From the NCBI GenBank assembly GCA_963848135.1, contig CAWKCK010000005.1:1-64000 (forward strand): a stretch of 64,000 nt of DNA, in the 5' to 3' direction. Source of the stretch: an uncultured delta proteobacterium. Its GTDB lineage: Bacteria > Desulfobacterota > Desulfobacteria > Desulfobacterales > SG8-13. Positions 22,181 through 32,526 of the stretch are shown here, piece by piece. A program made the position numbers and the translations under genes. Below the pieces are notes generated by a model. It was not told where the DNA came from and made no database searches. It worked only from the letters and a program-made list of their open reading frames with translations. The stretch's first letter is position 1. The number at the start of each line of letters is the position of its first letter.

Positions 22181-22543
22181 ATGTTCAGTAAACACAGCAG
22201 CGAAGGCTATCGGTCGACGATAAAAGGGATCAGACAAAAAACGCTCGTTTATGGTCAAAATATGTTGATGTCCGAATTGAGGCTGTCAAAAGGGACTCGC
22301 ATTCCCACTCACGACCACCCCCATGAGCAGACCGGCTATCTGGTAACCGGAAAAACCCGGTTGTTCATAGACGACCAAGTTTATGACTGCAGCCCGGGGG
22401 ACAGTTGGTGCATTCCGGGCAACGCGAAACACGGAACCTTTGCCATCAAAGATTCAGTGGTCATTGAAATTTTCTCGCCGGTACGGGAAGATCTTCACCC
22501 CGACACCGAGTACTCACCGTTTATTCAATCGTGGAACAGATGA
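22181..22543 (+). CDS. Cupin domain protein
   Basis: HDHPHEQ and PGN.KHG motifs. Confidence 0.85.
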   Translation: MFSKHSSEGYRSTIKGIRQKTLVYGQNMLMSELRLSKGTRIPTHDHPHEQTGYLVTGKTRLFIDDQVYDCSPGDSWCIPGNAKHGTFAIKDSVVIEIFSPVREDLHPDTEYSPFIQSWNR

Positions 22544-22565
22544 TCATATCGCGAAGGGCCCTGAT

Positions 22566-22916
22566 TCATCCGATCGTGTTCTTGACGATTCCAATCAACT
22601 TCTCCGGATCAAAGGGCTTGGCGATGAAAGCGATGGCGTCCTTGATGGCATGATCTCCGTCGATACCGCTGATGACGATGACAGGGATGTCTCTCAAATC
22701 TTTATCCTTCCTGAGTTTGCGATAAAATCGCGGGCCCCATTCATCCGGCAGCTGCAGGTCCAGGGTGATCAGGTCCGGCTTTTCCTGTCTCACCAAGTCA
22801 AGGGCTTCGGAAGTATTGAATGCGGTGCAGGTGGCGTAACCGTTGTCGCTGAAAACGGCCTGAAGATAGCTAACCACCGTGGGGTCGTCGTCGATGATCA
22901 TTATTTTTTTCGGCAT
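22566..22916 (-). CDS. Single-domain response regulator
   Basis: IDDD, LD, ISG, KP receiver motifs. Confidence 0.9.
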   Translation of the reverse strand: MPKKIMIIDDDPTVVSYLQAVFSDNGYATCTAFNTSEALDLVRQEKPDLITLDLQLPDEWGPRFYRKLRKDKDLRDIPVIVISGIDGDHAIKDAIAFIAKPFDPEKLIGIVKNTIG

Positions 22917-22999
22917 CTTGGATCCCTCCTTCCGTATCCTCTTTAGTCCTTTCATAATCTATCGGCCTCTCGCGGTCAACAACATCCCTTTCGGGTGGG

Positions 23000-23706
23000 A
23001 TCAATAATGCGCCGATGCCGCCCGGTTCTCCTTCGAAACCCGCGTCGTTCTGGCGGTTCCGGGCCTTACATCAAAGTGATGCTCTACGGCCTGTTCCGGA
23101 CCGCCCCTCCAGATCCGGCGATCCGGCAGAAACTCAAGGCCGAAGCGGATGCCATCGGTTCGGCGGCCTTGCATCGGCGTCTGCAGGGTATCGACCCCGA
23201 AGCGGCCGCACGCATCCATAGCCAGGATACCTTCCGCATTGTTCGGGCGTATGAAACAATCGCCGCCACCGGAAAACCGATCACCGATCACCACCGTCGG
23301 CACGGATTTCGGGTCACCCTTCAGGGCTCTCAAAATCGGCCTCGAGATGGACCGTAAACGGCTCTGTGAACGGATCAACAGCCGGGTGGGTGCCATGATC
23401 GCTGCCGGCTTGGTGGAAGAAGTCAGGGAACTTCTCGGAAAAGGCATTGACGGGGGGACGAAGGCGATGCGGGCATTGGGCTATCGGCACATGGTCGATT
23501 TTCTGTCTGGTCGTCTCCCATGGGAAGAGGCTGTGCGCATCATGAAACGCGACACGCGCCGCTTTGCTAAACGTCAGCTGTCCTGGTTCCGGGCGGACAA
23601 GGAAATCGTGTGGTGCACGCCGGAGAACATCAACACCTTGTATCCAATGATTGAAAACTTTCTGGCTTTCGACGGACCCCAACGCCAAAACACTGCCAGA
23701 CGCTGA
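23000..23706 (+). pseudogene. miaA: 5'-truncated, frameshifted second copy of miaA
   Basis: GGSGPYIK.MLYGLF..HHRRHGF in one frame and ALKIGL..TRRFAKRQLSWFR in another; shift near 23312; no Walker A region. Confidence 0.85.
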
Positions 23707-23729
23707 AGTGCAGTCCCCTAACCCGGATG

Positions 23730-23848
23730 TTTCACGCCCCTGAGGGATTCATTGGCAAGGCACTCAAGGGTGCCGCCGTAGTATACCTACTGCTAGCCCT
23801 TGATAACGGTGCCAATGTATGCCTCAAGGAACGCCCAAGGGGTGAAAA
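23730..23848. repeat. REP-like nested palindrome with GTAG/CTAC apex
   Basis: TGAGG/CCTCA, CATTGGCA/TGCCAATG, TCAAGGG/CCCTTGA, GTAG-N5-CTAC. Confidence 0.6.
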
Positions 23849-23857
23849 CTTTTCTAA

Positions 23858-23983
23858 TTTTCTCTAAATATCATAAGTTGCTAACTGTACCATGACTATT
23901 ATGCTCCCAATTCAGTTCAAGTATCTAAAATTTAATAATTTACTCATAGTGTAGAAAAGATTTCATGAAATATTCGGGCTAAG
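23858..23983 (+). repeat. Orphan copy of the tmcD upstream region (16935-17061)
   Basis: Near-identical blocks TTTTCTCTAAATATCATAAGTTGCTAACTGTA and AGAAAAGATTTCATGAAATATTCGGGCTAAG. Confidence 0.9.
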
Positions 23984-24226
23984 CAGTCTGCCTTCAATAC
24001 TATAAGCTGACCTCAAAATTAGGATTTTCGAACGAGATCAAGGCGAGACCGAGGATGAACCCGCACAGGCATACTCACGTATGTCGAGGACTTGAGACCA
24101 GGGTTCAACGCCGATACTTGTCCGCCTCTGGCAGATCGGGTGAAAGAAATTTTTTAGACAGCTTCTAATTGTCGCCGCAAGTCCTGGCCCCAGAATTTCA
24201 TAAATTCTTTTGCGATGATTATTATT

Positions 24227-25780
24227 CTACTTTTTCTTTACACCCCTCTCGGGTTTCCAGACAACTTCATACAAATCATTGCGCCGGTTTCTGATATTTT
24301 GAACACTCCCCTGCTGCCGCAATTCTTTCAGCAAATCGAGATCCAGATCCACCATCAGTGTCATCTCGGTGTTCGGTGTGGCCTCTGCCGCAATCGCATC
24401 GTGCGGGAAAGCGAAATCCGACGGTGTAAATACGGCCGACTGCGAGTACTGAATATCCATGTTCTCAACCTTTGGCAAATTTCCAACACTCCCAGAAATC
24501 GCCACGTAACACTCATTTTCGATGGCGCGGGCTTGGGCGCATCGCCTGATCCTGAGGTAGGCGTTTTTGGTATCTGTCAAAAAGGGAACAAATAGTATAG
24601 TCATTCCCTTATCCACCAGGTTCCGAGCCAGTTCCGGAAATTCGACGTCGTAGCAGATGAGAATACCAATTTTTCCAATATCGGTATCAAATATTCGATT
24701 CTCATCTCCACCCTTCAAACCCCAATATTGGGCTTCATCTGGCGTAATGTGTATCTTATGCTGCGCACCCCAGGTACCGTCCCTTCGGCACAAATAAGAT
24801 ACATTGTACAAAGAATCATTCTTCAAAAGCGGAATACTGCCGGCAATAATATTGGTATTATATGAAAGAGCCATGTTTACGAAGGCCGCGCGGATTTCAT
24901 CCGAATAATCTGAGAGAGATCGCATCGCTTCCGCCGGATTTTCCTGATTGAAATTTTTCAACAGCGGCGCATTGAACAACTCGGGGAATAGGACAAGATC
25001 TGACTTATACCCCGCCACGGCATCGACAAAAAACTCGGCCTGATGCAAAAATTCTTCAACGTTATTAAAAGCACGCATCTGCCATTGAACCACACCGATG
25101 CGCGGATAGGCTTTCCGACCACCGAATAGTTTTTTCCGTTTCTCGTAGTAAACATTGTTCCACTCCATTAAAACCCCGTACGAATTGGATTTGGAATCTT
25201 CGGGGATATAATTTTTTAATATTTTCTTGATGTGAAAATCATTGGAAAGCTGGAACGACAGTACCTGATCGTAGATTTCATTGGCCTTGACTTTTTGAAT
25301 GTAAGCAGAGGGCGAGAGCGTATCGGCGTATTCCTCATATCCGGGAATGCGACCGCCAAATATGATGCTCTTTAAATTCAGCGTCTCGCATAATTCCTTA
25401 CGGGCGTCATACAAACGCCTTCCTAAACGTAGACCCCGGTAGGCTGGATCTACAAAAACATCGATACCATACAACGCATTACCATCAGGATCATGCCCTG
25501 TCATTTTACCGCCATCTATTAAGTCATCGTATGAGTGCCGGTTCTCAAATTCTTCCGCGTTGACAATCATGGCATGTGCCGCGGCGACGACATTGCCTTT
25601 GTCTTCGATACACATTTGGCCTTCCGGAAAACAATCGATCAGGGTATCGTATTCTCTTAATTTCCATGCGCCACCCATTTCCGAATATACGTGATCCATA
25701 ATTCTTTTGATGTGGGGGAAATCTTCGCGAGTCAACCCTCTGAGTATCAGTTTGAATTTTGTTTCTTCAGTATTACTCAT
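24227..25780 (-). CDS. GNAT acetyltransferase / carbon-nitrogen hydrolase fusion
   Basis: YRGLRLGRRLY acetyl-CoA motif; FPE, HKIH, ICYD triad. Confidence 0.9.
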   Translation of the reverse strand: MSNTEETKFKLILRGLTREDFPHIKRIMDHVYSEMGGAWKLREYDTLIDCFPEGQMCIEDKGNVVAAAHAMIVNAEEFENRHSYDDLIDGGKMTGHDPDGNALYGIDVFVDPAYRGLRLGRRLYDARKELCETLNLKSIIFGGRIPGYEEYADTLSPSAYIQKVKANEIYDQVLSFQLSNDFHIKKILKNYIPEDSKSNSYGVLMEWNNVYYEKRKKLFGGRKAYPRIGVVQWQMRAFNNVEEFLHQAEFFVDAVAGYKSDLVLFPELFNAPLLKNFNQENPAEAMRSLSDYSDEIRAAFVNMALSYNTNIIAGSIPLLKNDSLYNVSYLCRRDGTWGAQHKIHITPDEAQYWGLKGGDENRIFDTDIGKIGILICYDVEFPELARNLVDKGMTILFVPFLTDTKNAYLRIRRCAQARAIENECYVAISGSVGNLPKVENMDIQYSQSAVFTPSDFAFPHDAIAAEATPNTEMTLMVDLDLDLLKELRQQGSVQNIRNRRNDLYEVVWKPERGVKKK

Positions 25781-25835
25781 AAATGCCTCTCAGTTTATAT
25801 TTAAGGTCCCAAATCAGTCAGGGTGGATGATGGAC

Positions 25836-27458
25836 TCACGATTTGGCAGTAGCCATCAACTCTTTGAGACGGCGCTCAGCTTCTGCACCCGTCAACACTC
25901 TGGCCTGGTGCATATGGGCACCCGGGTCCTCGTCCGCCAATAGAACGAGTTCAAACTGTTGCGGCCGGATCTCAAGGTAGTAAAAAACGATGTCATCCGC
26001 GCTGAGCGTCTCGTGGCCGGCACGCTCAGTAAGCGTAAAGTAAATACCGCCCTTCCCGTTTAACGTTCGGTAATGAACCTCGGTGCAGACTTGCCGGGAG
26101 GCATCGGCAAAATCGAAGAAAAAATCGTATTCATCACCGATGTACGAGAATACGCCTGCTAAAAATTGGGTTCTTTCTGCGTTATTTAATTTTGGGCGAA
26201 GAACCAGCAAGCGGTTAATGTGGGTGTCCATAATTTTTTCCAGGTTGTTGAAGATAACGCCTTCTGATACCGCCTCAATGATATCGGCATTCTCCCCTCC
26301 GGGAAGAAATTCCTGGGCTATATGAAGGTCGAAACGCTTACGTTCGGGCTCGGCCACAATTGGCAGGCTGTCTGTTTTTAAGCCGGCCGTTACACGCTGG
26401 GCGGGAGAGCCCACATAGGTGATCCCGTGTTTAAACATTCCAGGGATAAAGACGTCGCTGATATATCCAGCGGTAAACGTTAAAATAATGTCACCGGGTT
26501 GCAGAAGATCGTAAACATGCCTTTTTTGAGCCGCACTAAATCGTATAAGGTGTGCGTTGGGGCTTTTCAACCGGCTGATGTCTTTAAAAAGAAGTGAACG
26601 GACAGCATACCGTAAATTACCATATGTCTGTGAAGCGTCCCGGGCCAATTCTGCGGCCCGGGTGTGTGAGAAGTAATTCTCAGTCCTGGCCATAGCGCCG
26701 GCTTGCGCATTCAGTGTGCGTTGTGTCTGCTGCATCGCTCCCGAATATAGAATCGGAATCTGCCCCAACAGATTTGCATAAACCGGATCTTCGTTACCGA
26801 GTTCGACCAACATCGACTGAGGATCGGCGACATCTTCCGAGTACAACATCCAGGCAGCCGCCAGCCTATGAGCGTTGTCCTTGGATGTTACATTGCGGCG
26901 AAGACGGTCATAGGTCCCCTGGGGAATTTCCGAACGGAAAAATGGTTCATTCAGTTTGGCGATGGCAACGGGGTCATCCGTAAATTCGGCGACTAAGAAT
27001 GACGTATGGAAAGCCAACAAAAACTCGGCATACAGCACGAGAGCATGGGCCTTTATCCCGGTTTCGTCATCGGTGAAACGGGCTTGTGGCCCCCCGTAAC
27101 TGTTGATGATATCCCACAAAGTGGTATGGCCGACAACGAATCGGAAGTAGAAGCGTTCGATCTGGTTGTTTTCTTCGGTGACAAAATAACCACGCTTGGC
27201 CCAACCTCCGCGTTGATGAAGCGCGATGAATTCGGATCGAGTGTTCTCCAGCTGATCGGCGACAGTGCGCAGTGTCCGTTGATCGGATTCGACTTTGCGC
27301 TTGGCCTGCACTGGTGACATGGACGACAAAGAGGATTGAACTCCTGATTTGGTCGTTGCGCAGGCGGTGAGAAGCAGTATGGCGAGCAGACCGACTGCAG
27401 AAAGCCAGTGGACGGCCCGTTCATTTCGCCGGCGCATGTTGGTAACGACAACTTGCAT
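25836..27458 (-). CDS. Lipoprotein with permuted NlpC/P60 (YiiX-like) domain
   Basis: Lipobox LTAC; LQPGDII, KHGITY, IEA, YDF.F, VCTE; start may be 27437. Confidence 0.75.
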   Translation of the reverse strand: MQVVVTNMRRRNERAVHWLSAVGLLAILLLTACATTKSGVQSSLSSMSPVQAKRKVESDQRTLRTVADQLENTRSEFIALHQRGGWAKRGYFVTEENNQIERFYFRFVVGHTTLWDIINSYGGPQARFTDDETGIKAHALVLYAEFLLAFHTSFLVAEFTDDPVAIAKLNEPFFRSEIPQGTYDRLRRNVTSKDNAHRLAAAWMLYSEDVADPQSMLVELGNEDPVYANLLGQIPILYSGAMQQTQRTLNAQAGAMARTENYFSHTRAAELARDASQTYGNLRYAVRSLLFKDISRLKSPNAHLIRFSAAQKRHVYDLLQPGDIILTFTAGYISDVFIPGMFKHGITYVGSPAQRVTAGLKTDSLPIVAEPERKRFDLHIAQEFLPGGENADIIEAVSEGVIFNNLEKIMDTHINRLLVLRPKLNNAERTQFLAGVFSYIGDEYDFFFDFADASRQVCTEVHYRTLNGKGGIYFTLTERAGHETLSADDIVFYYLEIRPQQFELVLLADEDPGAHMHQARVLTGAEAERRLKELMATAKS

Positions 27459-27798
27459 TGGAAATCGCCTTTCGCTACGCAGGTGTAGATGACAACCTGG
27501 CTAATTTTTGAATGGCAAAAATGTTTTGATTCAAACCCCGGTGATCGATGGCACCAAATGAACTCCAGTTTGCTAATAAAATCTGTCACGGCCTCTTTGG
27601 GTTGTATATGAGCCCACTTATAGGCTGAGCCTCTGACTTTAGCTTGGTAAAATACTGGAAAATTGACCGATAATCAAGGCTCCTAAACGGTATTGAAATA
27701 ATCGTTAAGGATGAGGTCAGGCGCCCCAAATCTGTTAGGCGATAGCCAAGCCGGGCGTCACGGTAGGTATGGTTTTGATAGCAACCATGGTCGGACAG

Positions 27799-27880
27799 CT
27801 ATCAGCCGTTGGATTTCCTATATATAGCCAGACGGTATCGTTATAATACACTAAATTTAAATAGTTACGAGACTGGCAAG
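27799..27880 (+). repeat. Array site R1
   Basis: CTATC..TATAG-CCAGACG-GTATC..ATAGTTACGAGAC-TGGCAAG. Confidence 0.85.
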
Positions 27881-28205
27881 CTATTTTTACCAATGTGCCA
27901 CACCGTGGTATTGACGAATGTGTTGCTATTAGGTTATGCGTTTCTTGGGGTTATCTCAATCGGTACCGACTTCAGCGTTACCTAACGCCTGATGCTCTCG
28001 TAACCACACCGGTATAATTTACATTTTCCTCATCCATTTCTCACGGTCATTATTCAATCCCCTTTATACCTTAATTAAAAACCTTGGTACCTCTAAGTCG
28101 GCTATATTCATGTAGCTGCTCGTCATTCTCATTATTAAAAGGGGGTGATGCCTCAATATACACAAAACTCTTAAATAAATAGAAATCATTGAAAAAAGAA
28201 AAGCC

Positions 28206-28703
28206 ATGTCTCTGTATCGAATTTGTTCTGTTACTACTGCTATTATTTTATTTTTTGGTTTCGTAGCAATCGATTGTGCAGTGGCTGGAGAAAAGGTAAA
28301 GATAAAGGCATCCGGTACAAGCATTAATACCAAGTGGCACGAAATAGAAGTCGGTGACGCAGATGGACATGTAATTGCTGTATTTCAGAATACACAAGCT
28401 TGGACTAATGATACAAATGGAGAAAAAATGACGGCCTATAGTAGGGGCACCATGGACCTCCATAAAAATACCGGGCAAGCTACTATGGAAGGTTATAGTA
28501 TAATGACTTATCCTAGTGGCGATAAACGGTACGCAAGTTTTGAGGGTAAAATTGTGAGTAAGGGTAAATGGCAAGGGACATTTACTGACATAGATGGTAC
28601 AGGCAAATTTAAAGGATGTGCAGGGGGAGGCACCTGGGAATCCGAAAGTCTGGGGCCTGGAATATCTCAAATCGTAGCCGAAAGAGAGAGGACTTTCCAA
28701 TAA
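28206..28703 (+). CDS. Secreted beta-rich hypothetical protein
   Basis: Signal peptide; C-terminal GTGKFKG..GGGTW shared with 29315-29782. Confidence 0.7.
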   Translation: MSLYRICSVTTAIILFFGFVAIDCAVAGEKVKIKASGTSINTKWHEIEVGDADGHVIAVFQNTQAWTNDTNGEKMTAYSRGTMDLHKNTGQATMEGYSIMTYPSGDKRYASFEGKIVSKGKWQGTFTDIDGTGKFKGCAGGGTWESESLGPGISQIVAERERTFQ

Positions 28704-28846
28704 AAATTGATTGGATTACAAAGTTAACGGCAGGGTTATAATTGGCGCTGCCGTTTTCATCAAAATCTTAAAATGATGTTTCCACTAATAATTCAGTATT
28801 CAACTTCGTTTACACGTTTCTGACATCTACCAGAGAGAGGAAACAG

Positions 28847-29263
28847 ATGAAAAGGATTTCATTTGTAATCTTCGTTTTATCCGCTTTCCTGCTGTTCAAT
28901 TCATGCGATACTCCAATGAATAAATACAGTGCGAAAAATGAGGAAGAAAAAAAGATAATCGCACTGTTAAATACTTATTGCAATGCACGGAATAGTGCAG
29001 ATTTGGCTAAGCTGCAATCAACCTTCCATGATGATGGAATATACATATCAGGACGTGGAGGGCAATTCACAAAAGACAAGATTCTAGAGACAAATCCTCA
29101 AGATTGGTTGGATAATAAGGTTGATCTATATAATCCCGATTTTAAGGTTATGGGTAATGAAGCAAAGGTTACAATGACTGCAAAGTATGGTTCATTCAAA
29201 ACAAATCAAATCTATACATTGGTAAAGGAAAGTGACAACTGGCTTATTATGAAGGTGGAGTAA
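28847..29263 (+). CDS. NTF2-like (DUF4440-type) lipoprotein
   Basis: Lipobox-like FNSC; helix..FHDDG..strand pattern of the NTF2 fold. Confidence 0.65.
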   Translation: MKRISFVIFVLSAFLLFNSCDTPMNKYSAKNEEEKKIIALLNTYCNARNSADLAKLQSTFHDDGIYISGRGGQFTKDKILETNPQDWLDNKVDLYNPDFKVMGNEAKVTMTAKYGSFKTNQIYTLVKESDNWLIMKVE

Positions 29264-29314
29264 TTCAGGCAAGTGCTGAGTTATACTTTTAATCATTAGA
29301 AAGGGAGGTTCACT

Positions 29315-29782
29315 ATGATTCAGTGGATAATAATTCTACTTCTCACGATATTACTGTTTGCCCCCGCGTCTCAGGCCGCTGATCCCTTTGAAGCCAACGC
29401 CTGCCGGTCGGGGACGATGACAGTCGTTCAGGGTAGTAAGGAACTTATGATATTGGGAGTAGAGTTAAAAGGGATTCTCAATAGCAACACGGAAATGCTA
29501 AATAATACCTCTGAAATTTGTGTGGGCATATTCAAAAAAATGGGCGAAGAAGTTACTCAAATGGGGTATTGCAAATATTTATACCCCAATGGCGATATTA
29601 ACGTTGTAGAATGGGACGGAAGTAGAAATGAGGGTAAATGGAATTATTTATTAGGTACCGGTAAATGGGAAAACATAAAGGGCGGTGGAACTTGGAAAAA
29701 TCTCCAACGCGCCAAATCTATTGCCGATGGAACTTTTCAAAACTGTATTATGTTGAATGGAACTTATGAATTACCGAAATAG
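29315..29782 (+). CDS. Secreted beta-rich hypothetical protein
   Basis: GGGAGG RBS, signal peptide ending ASQA, GTGKWENIKGGGTW. Confidence 0.75.
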   Translation: MIQWIIILLLTILLFAPASQAADPFEANACRSGTMTVVQGSKELMILGVELKGILNSNTEMLNNTSEICVGIFKKMGEEVTQMGYCKYLYPNGDINVVEWDGSRNEGKWNYLLGTGKWENIKGGGTWKNLQRAKSIADGTFQNCIMLNGTYELPK

Positions 29783-29871
29783 TTCGTTATAAATTTTATG
29801 GGTTAAAATACGAACAAAGTTTCTCGGAATAAAAGGCAGACTCAGATAATAATAACTCTGCCTTTTTCTAT

Positions 29872-29972
29872 CTGCTATGTTCCAGCATCTATCAACCGAC
29901 GGATTTCCTAAATATATCAAGGGCGTAACACAACTAATCGCCTCTTAAAAGAGTTTATCATAGGTTGGCAAG
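29872..29972 (+). repeat. Array site R2 (degenerate core)
   Basis: CTGCTAT..CTATC..GGATTTCCTAAATATA..TGGCAAG at conserved spacing. Confidence 0.65.
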
Positions 29973-30082
29973 GCTGCAAAACCTTCCGGTTAAAATCGTC
30001 CGGCATCGGATGGCCCGAAAATTATCTCAGATTGTGATCGCATTTTCGCCCCTGATTAGGACAACCTTGTGGATATCCTTTA

Positions 30083-30142
30083 GATTGCCGAACCGTATCG
30101 CAACAATTGACACGATTTCCGATAGTTGGTTTAGTGGCTAAG
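30083..30142 (+). repeat. Array site R3
   Basis: GATTG-CCGAACC-GTATC..GATAGTT..TGGCTAAG. Confidence 0.75.
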
Positions 30143-30497
30143 ATATTTTATTTTTGATTGTTAGCCTCCCTATTAATTAATTACCAGTTACTCTCTATTT
30201 CGCCCGATTGACCCTTCATGATAATTATTTTTGCGAATTATGCGTATTTTCCGTATAATTGTCATAATCAGTGCAAAAAACGTCTAATTCGGAAAATAAT
30301 TTTAAATTTTTATTTTTGTAGAAACTTTAATCTATTTGTTATTTAATGTATTTCCGTTTGGTTAGGATATTTGGGGGGAGGGAATGGTTGGTTCACAGTT
30401 TAATTTTGCTGGATAAGGGATTTAACGATTCCGGTGTCAAAGACTGGTAGCCGCATAATATACAATATAGAGAATAGAAAACAAAGGGGATACTAAG

Positions 30498-31103
30498 TTG
30501 CCACCAAATAATTATGTTCTCATCGATTTCGAAAATGTTCAACCTAAGAATATTGAAATATTAAAAAAACATCCTTTCAAAATCTTTGTTTTTGTTGGAG
30601 AGAACCAGGTCAGAATTTCATTTGAAATTGCAAATGCACTACAAGAATTTGTTAGTGAAGCAAAATATATTAAAATTTCAGGTAACGGAAAGAACTCATT
30701 AGATTTTCATATTGCATTTTATATCGGCCAATTGTCACTTCAAGATCCAAAAGGCTATTTCCATATTGTCTCTAAAGACACTGGATTCGACCCACTTGTT
30801 AAGCATTTGCGAATAAGTAAAATCAAAGTAAATCGGGTAAATGATTTGGCAGAAATACCTATTCTTCGTATTTCTAATACAACAGATAAGGACGAAACAA
30901 TAAATACAATAGTAAAAAATCTTGCAGGTCGGGGGCAATCGAGACCGAGAAAAGTAAAGACACTGTCTAATACAATCAATTCATTATTCACTATCAAACT
31001 AGAAGAAAATGAATTAATGAAGGTAATTAAAACACTTCAAACCAAGAAATATATACATCTTAACCAAGAAAACGTTTCATACAATTTACCAAAAAATCTC
31101 TAA
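30498..31103 (+). CDS. PIN/NYN-like domain protein
   Basis: LIDFENV, GKNSLDFHI, SKDTGFD acidic motifs. Confidence 0.82.
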   Translation: MPPNNYVLIDFENVQPKNIEILKKHPFKIFVFVGENQVRISFEIANALQEFVSEAKYIKISGNGKNSLDFHIAFYIGQLSLQDPKGYFHIVSKDTGFDPLVKHLRISKIKVNRVNDLAEIPILRISNTTDKDETINTIVKNLAGRGQSRPRKVKTLSNTINSLFTIKLEENELMKVIKTLQTKKYIHLNQENVSYNLPKNL

Positions 31104-31168
31104 CCAGCCGTTTCACTCAATATTTTGCACTACGCGCAAATTCGCAAATAAACTTATAGTTAAAACTA

Positions 31169-31268
31169 CTGCTATATTTCTTGCGTTTTTATCTGGTCGA
31201 TTTGCTTTAGATAGTCACACCGTATCGTCACAAATGATGCGTTTTCAGATAGTTGGACTAATGGCAAG
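31169..31268 (+). repeat. Array site R4
   Basis: CTGCTAT..TTATC..GATAG-TCACACC-GTATC..GATAGTT..TGGCAAG. Confidence 0.85.
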
Positions 31269-31644
31269 GTACCTTCAATCAAGTCCACCGACTTTATCCA
31301 CCGATAAAATACAACCAAAAATATTACAATGTGATATAGCTATCTGAGGTAATATTATTTTTATTGACATTGTTGCTCCCAAAAAATAACTAATACGGAT
31401 ACATCTTCATTCGCGACTGATGCTCATTTTCTAACAGGCTTCTATTATGAAATATCTCTAATCAAGCTGACCCCATCTGGTATTAGTTCTCTTAATATTC
31501 TAAATCCTGATTACAATTTTCGGCAAACACGATAAAAGGCAAATTTTCGTCTGGGGGAAGATGGAAAAAACAGATTGTTTTAAATATACAATCTACTTGC
31601 ATTTAACGGTTGACTGATTCTTAAAAGAGGAAAAAAGGGGGGGT

Positions 31645-32526
31645 ATGAAGGTAGCAAAAAGAAATAGTTTCTTATTCTATTCTACAATTATATTATCATT
31701 ACTTCTCTTAAATGGACACTATTTAAGTGCAAAGGCAGATATAGTCGTGACGCTTGATAGAAGTAGCGATCGTGGGCCTGTGACCTGTGCAACATCTATC
31801 GATCCGGTTGAGCAAAGTTACATTTTAATAGAGGTACCCAATGCCATTGCCTCTCTTGTTCTATTTGTCGGAGGGAACGGCAGACTATTCATCAATAATA
31901 TGCAACTTGGTATTAATATAAATAATTTTCTCTCTCGCAGCCGACATTTGTTTGCCTCATTCAACTTCAATGTTGTAGTTATTGATGCAGCAACAGATTT
32001 TCTTAGCTGTCAGTATGGGCTCAGCGGTTGGCGCCTGAGCCCAGAACATGTTAGTGATATAAATGCGGTAATACAAGATCTGCGTGGGCGTTATAACGAA
32101 CTACCCATTTGGGTGGTTGGTACGAGTCGGGGATCTGTATCTGCAGCACAAGCCGCAGCCGCTTTGTCACCCGAATCAGGCGGTCCCGATGGGCTGGTGT
32201 TAACATCTAGTGCAACAATAGGGAGCACGGAACCGTACCATTTATCTGTTTTCGATGTTGATTTAAAAAATATAACAGTCCCTACTTTGATTACTACACA
32301 CAAGCAAGATAAATGTTGGGTAACACCACCTGAGGATACAAAAGTAATTAAGGGCCGCCTTGTTTCTGCACCAAAAGTGGGTACCCATAAATATAATGGA
32401 GGTTTCGAACCAATATCAGACCCATGCCAAGCATTATCGTGTCATGGATATTTCGGAATAGAGCCGAAGGTGGTTAAAGATATTGCAGAGTGGATTGAAA
32501 AGCAGGTCGGTAAAAGAGCTAAATGA
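31645..32526 (+). CDS. Secreted alpha/beta hydrolase
   Basis: Signal peptide; GTSRG nucleophile elbow, D.C..TPP, CHGYFG. Confidence 0.8.
   Translation: MKVAKRNSFLFYSTIILSLLLLNGHYLSAKADIVVTLDRSSDRGPVTCATSIDPVEQSYILIEVPNAIASLVLFVGGNGRLFINNMQLGININNFLSRSRHLFASFNFNVVVIDAATDFLSCQYGLSGWRLSPEHVSDINAVIQDLRGRYNELPIWVVGTSRGSVSAAQAAAALSPESGGPDGLVLTSSATIGSTEPYHLSVFDVDLKNITVPTLITTHKQDKCWVTPPEDTKVIKGRLVSAPKVGTHKYNGGFEPISDPCQALSCHGYFGIEPKVVKDIAEWIEKQVGKRAK

Noticed and set aside
27874..27890. TGGCAAG as a sigma54 -24 element
   Set aside because: No TTGC -12 element at the required spacing in the copies checked, and the motif is part of a larger dyad.
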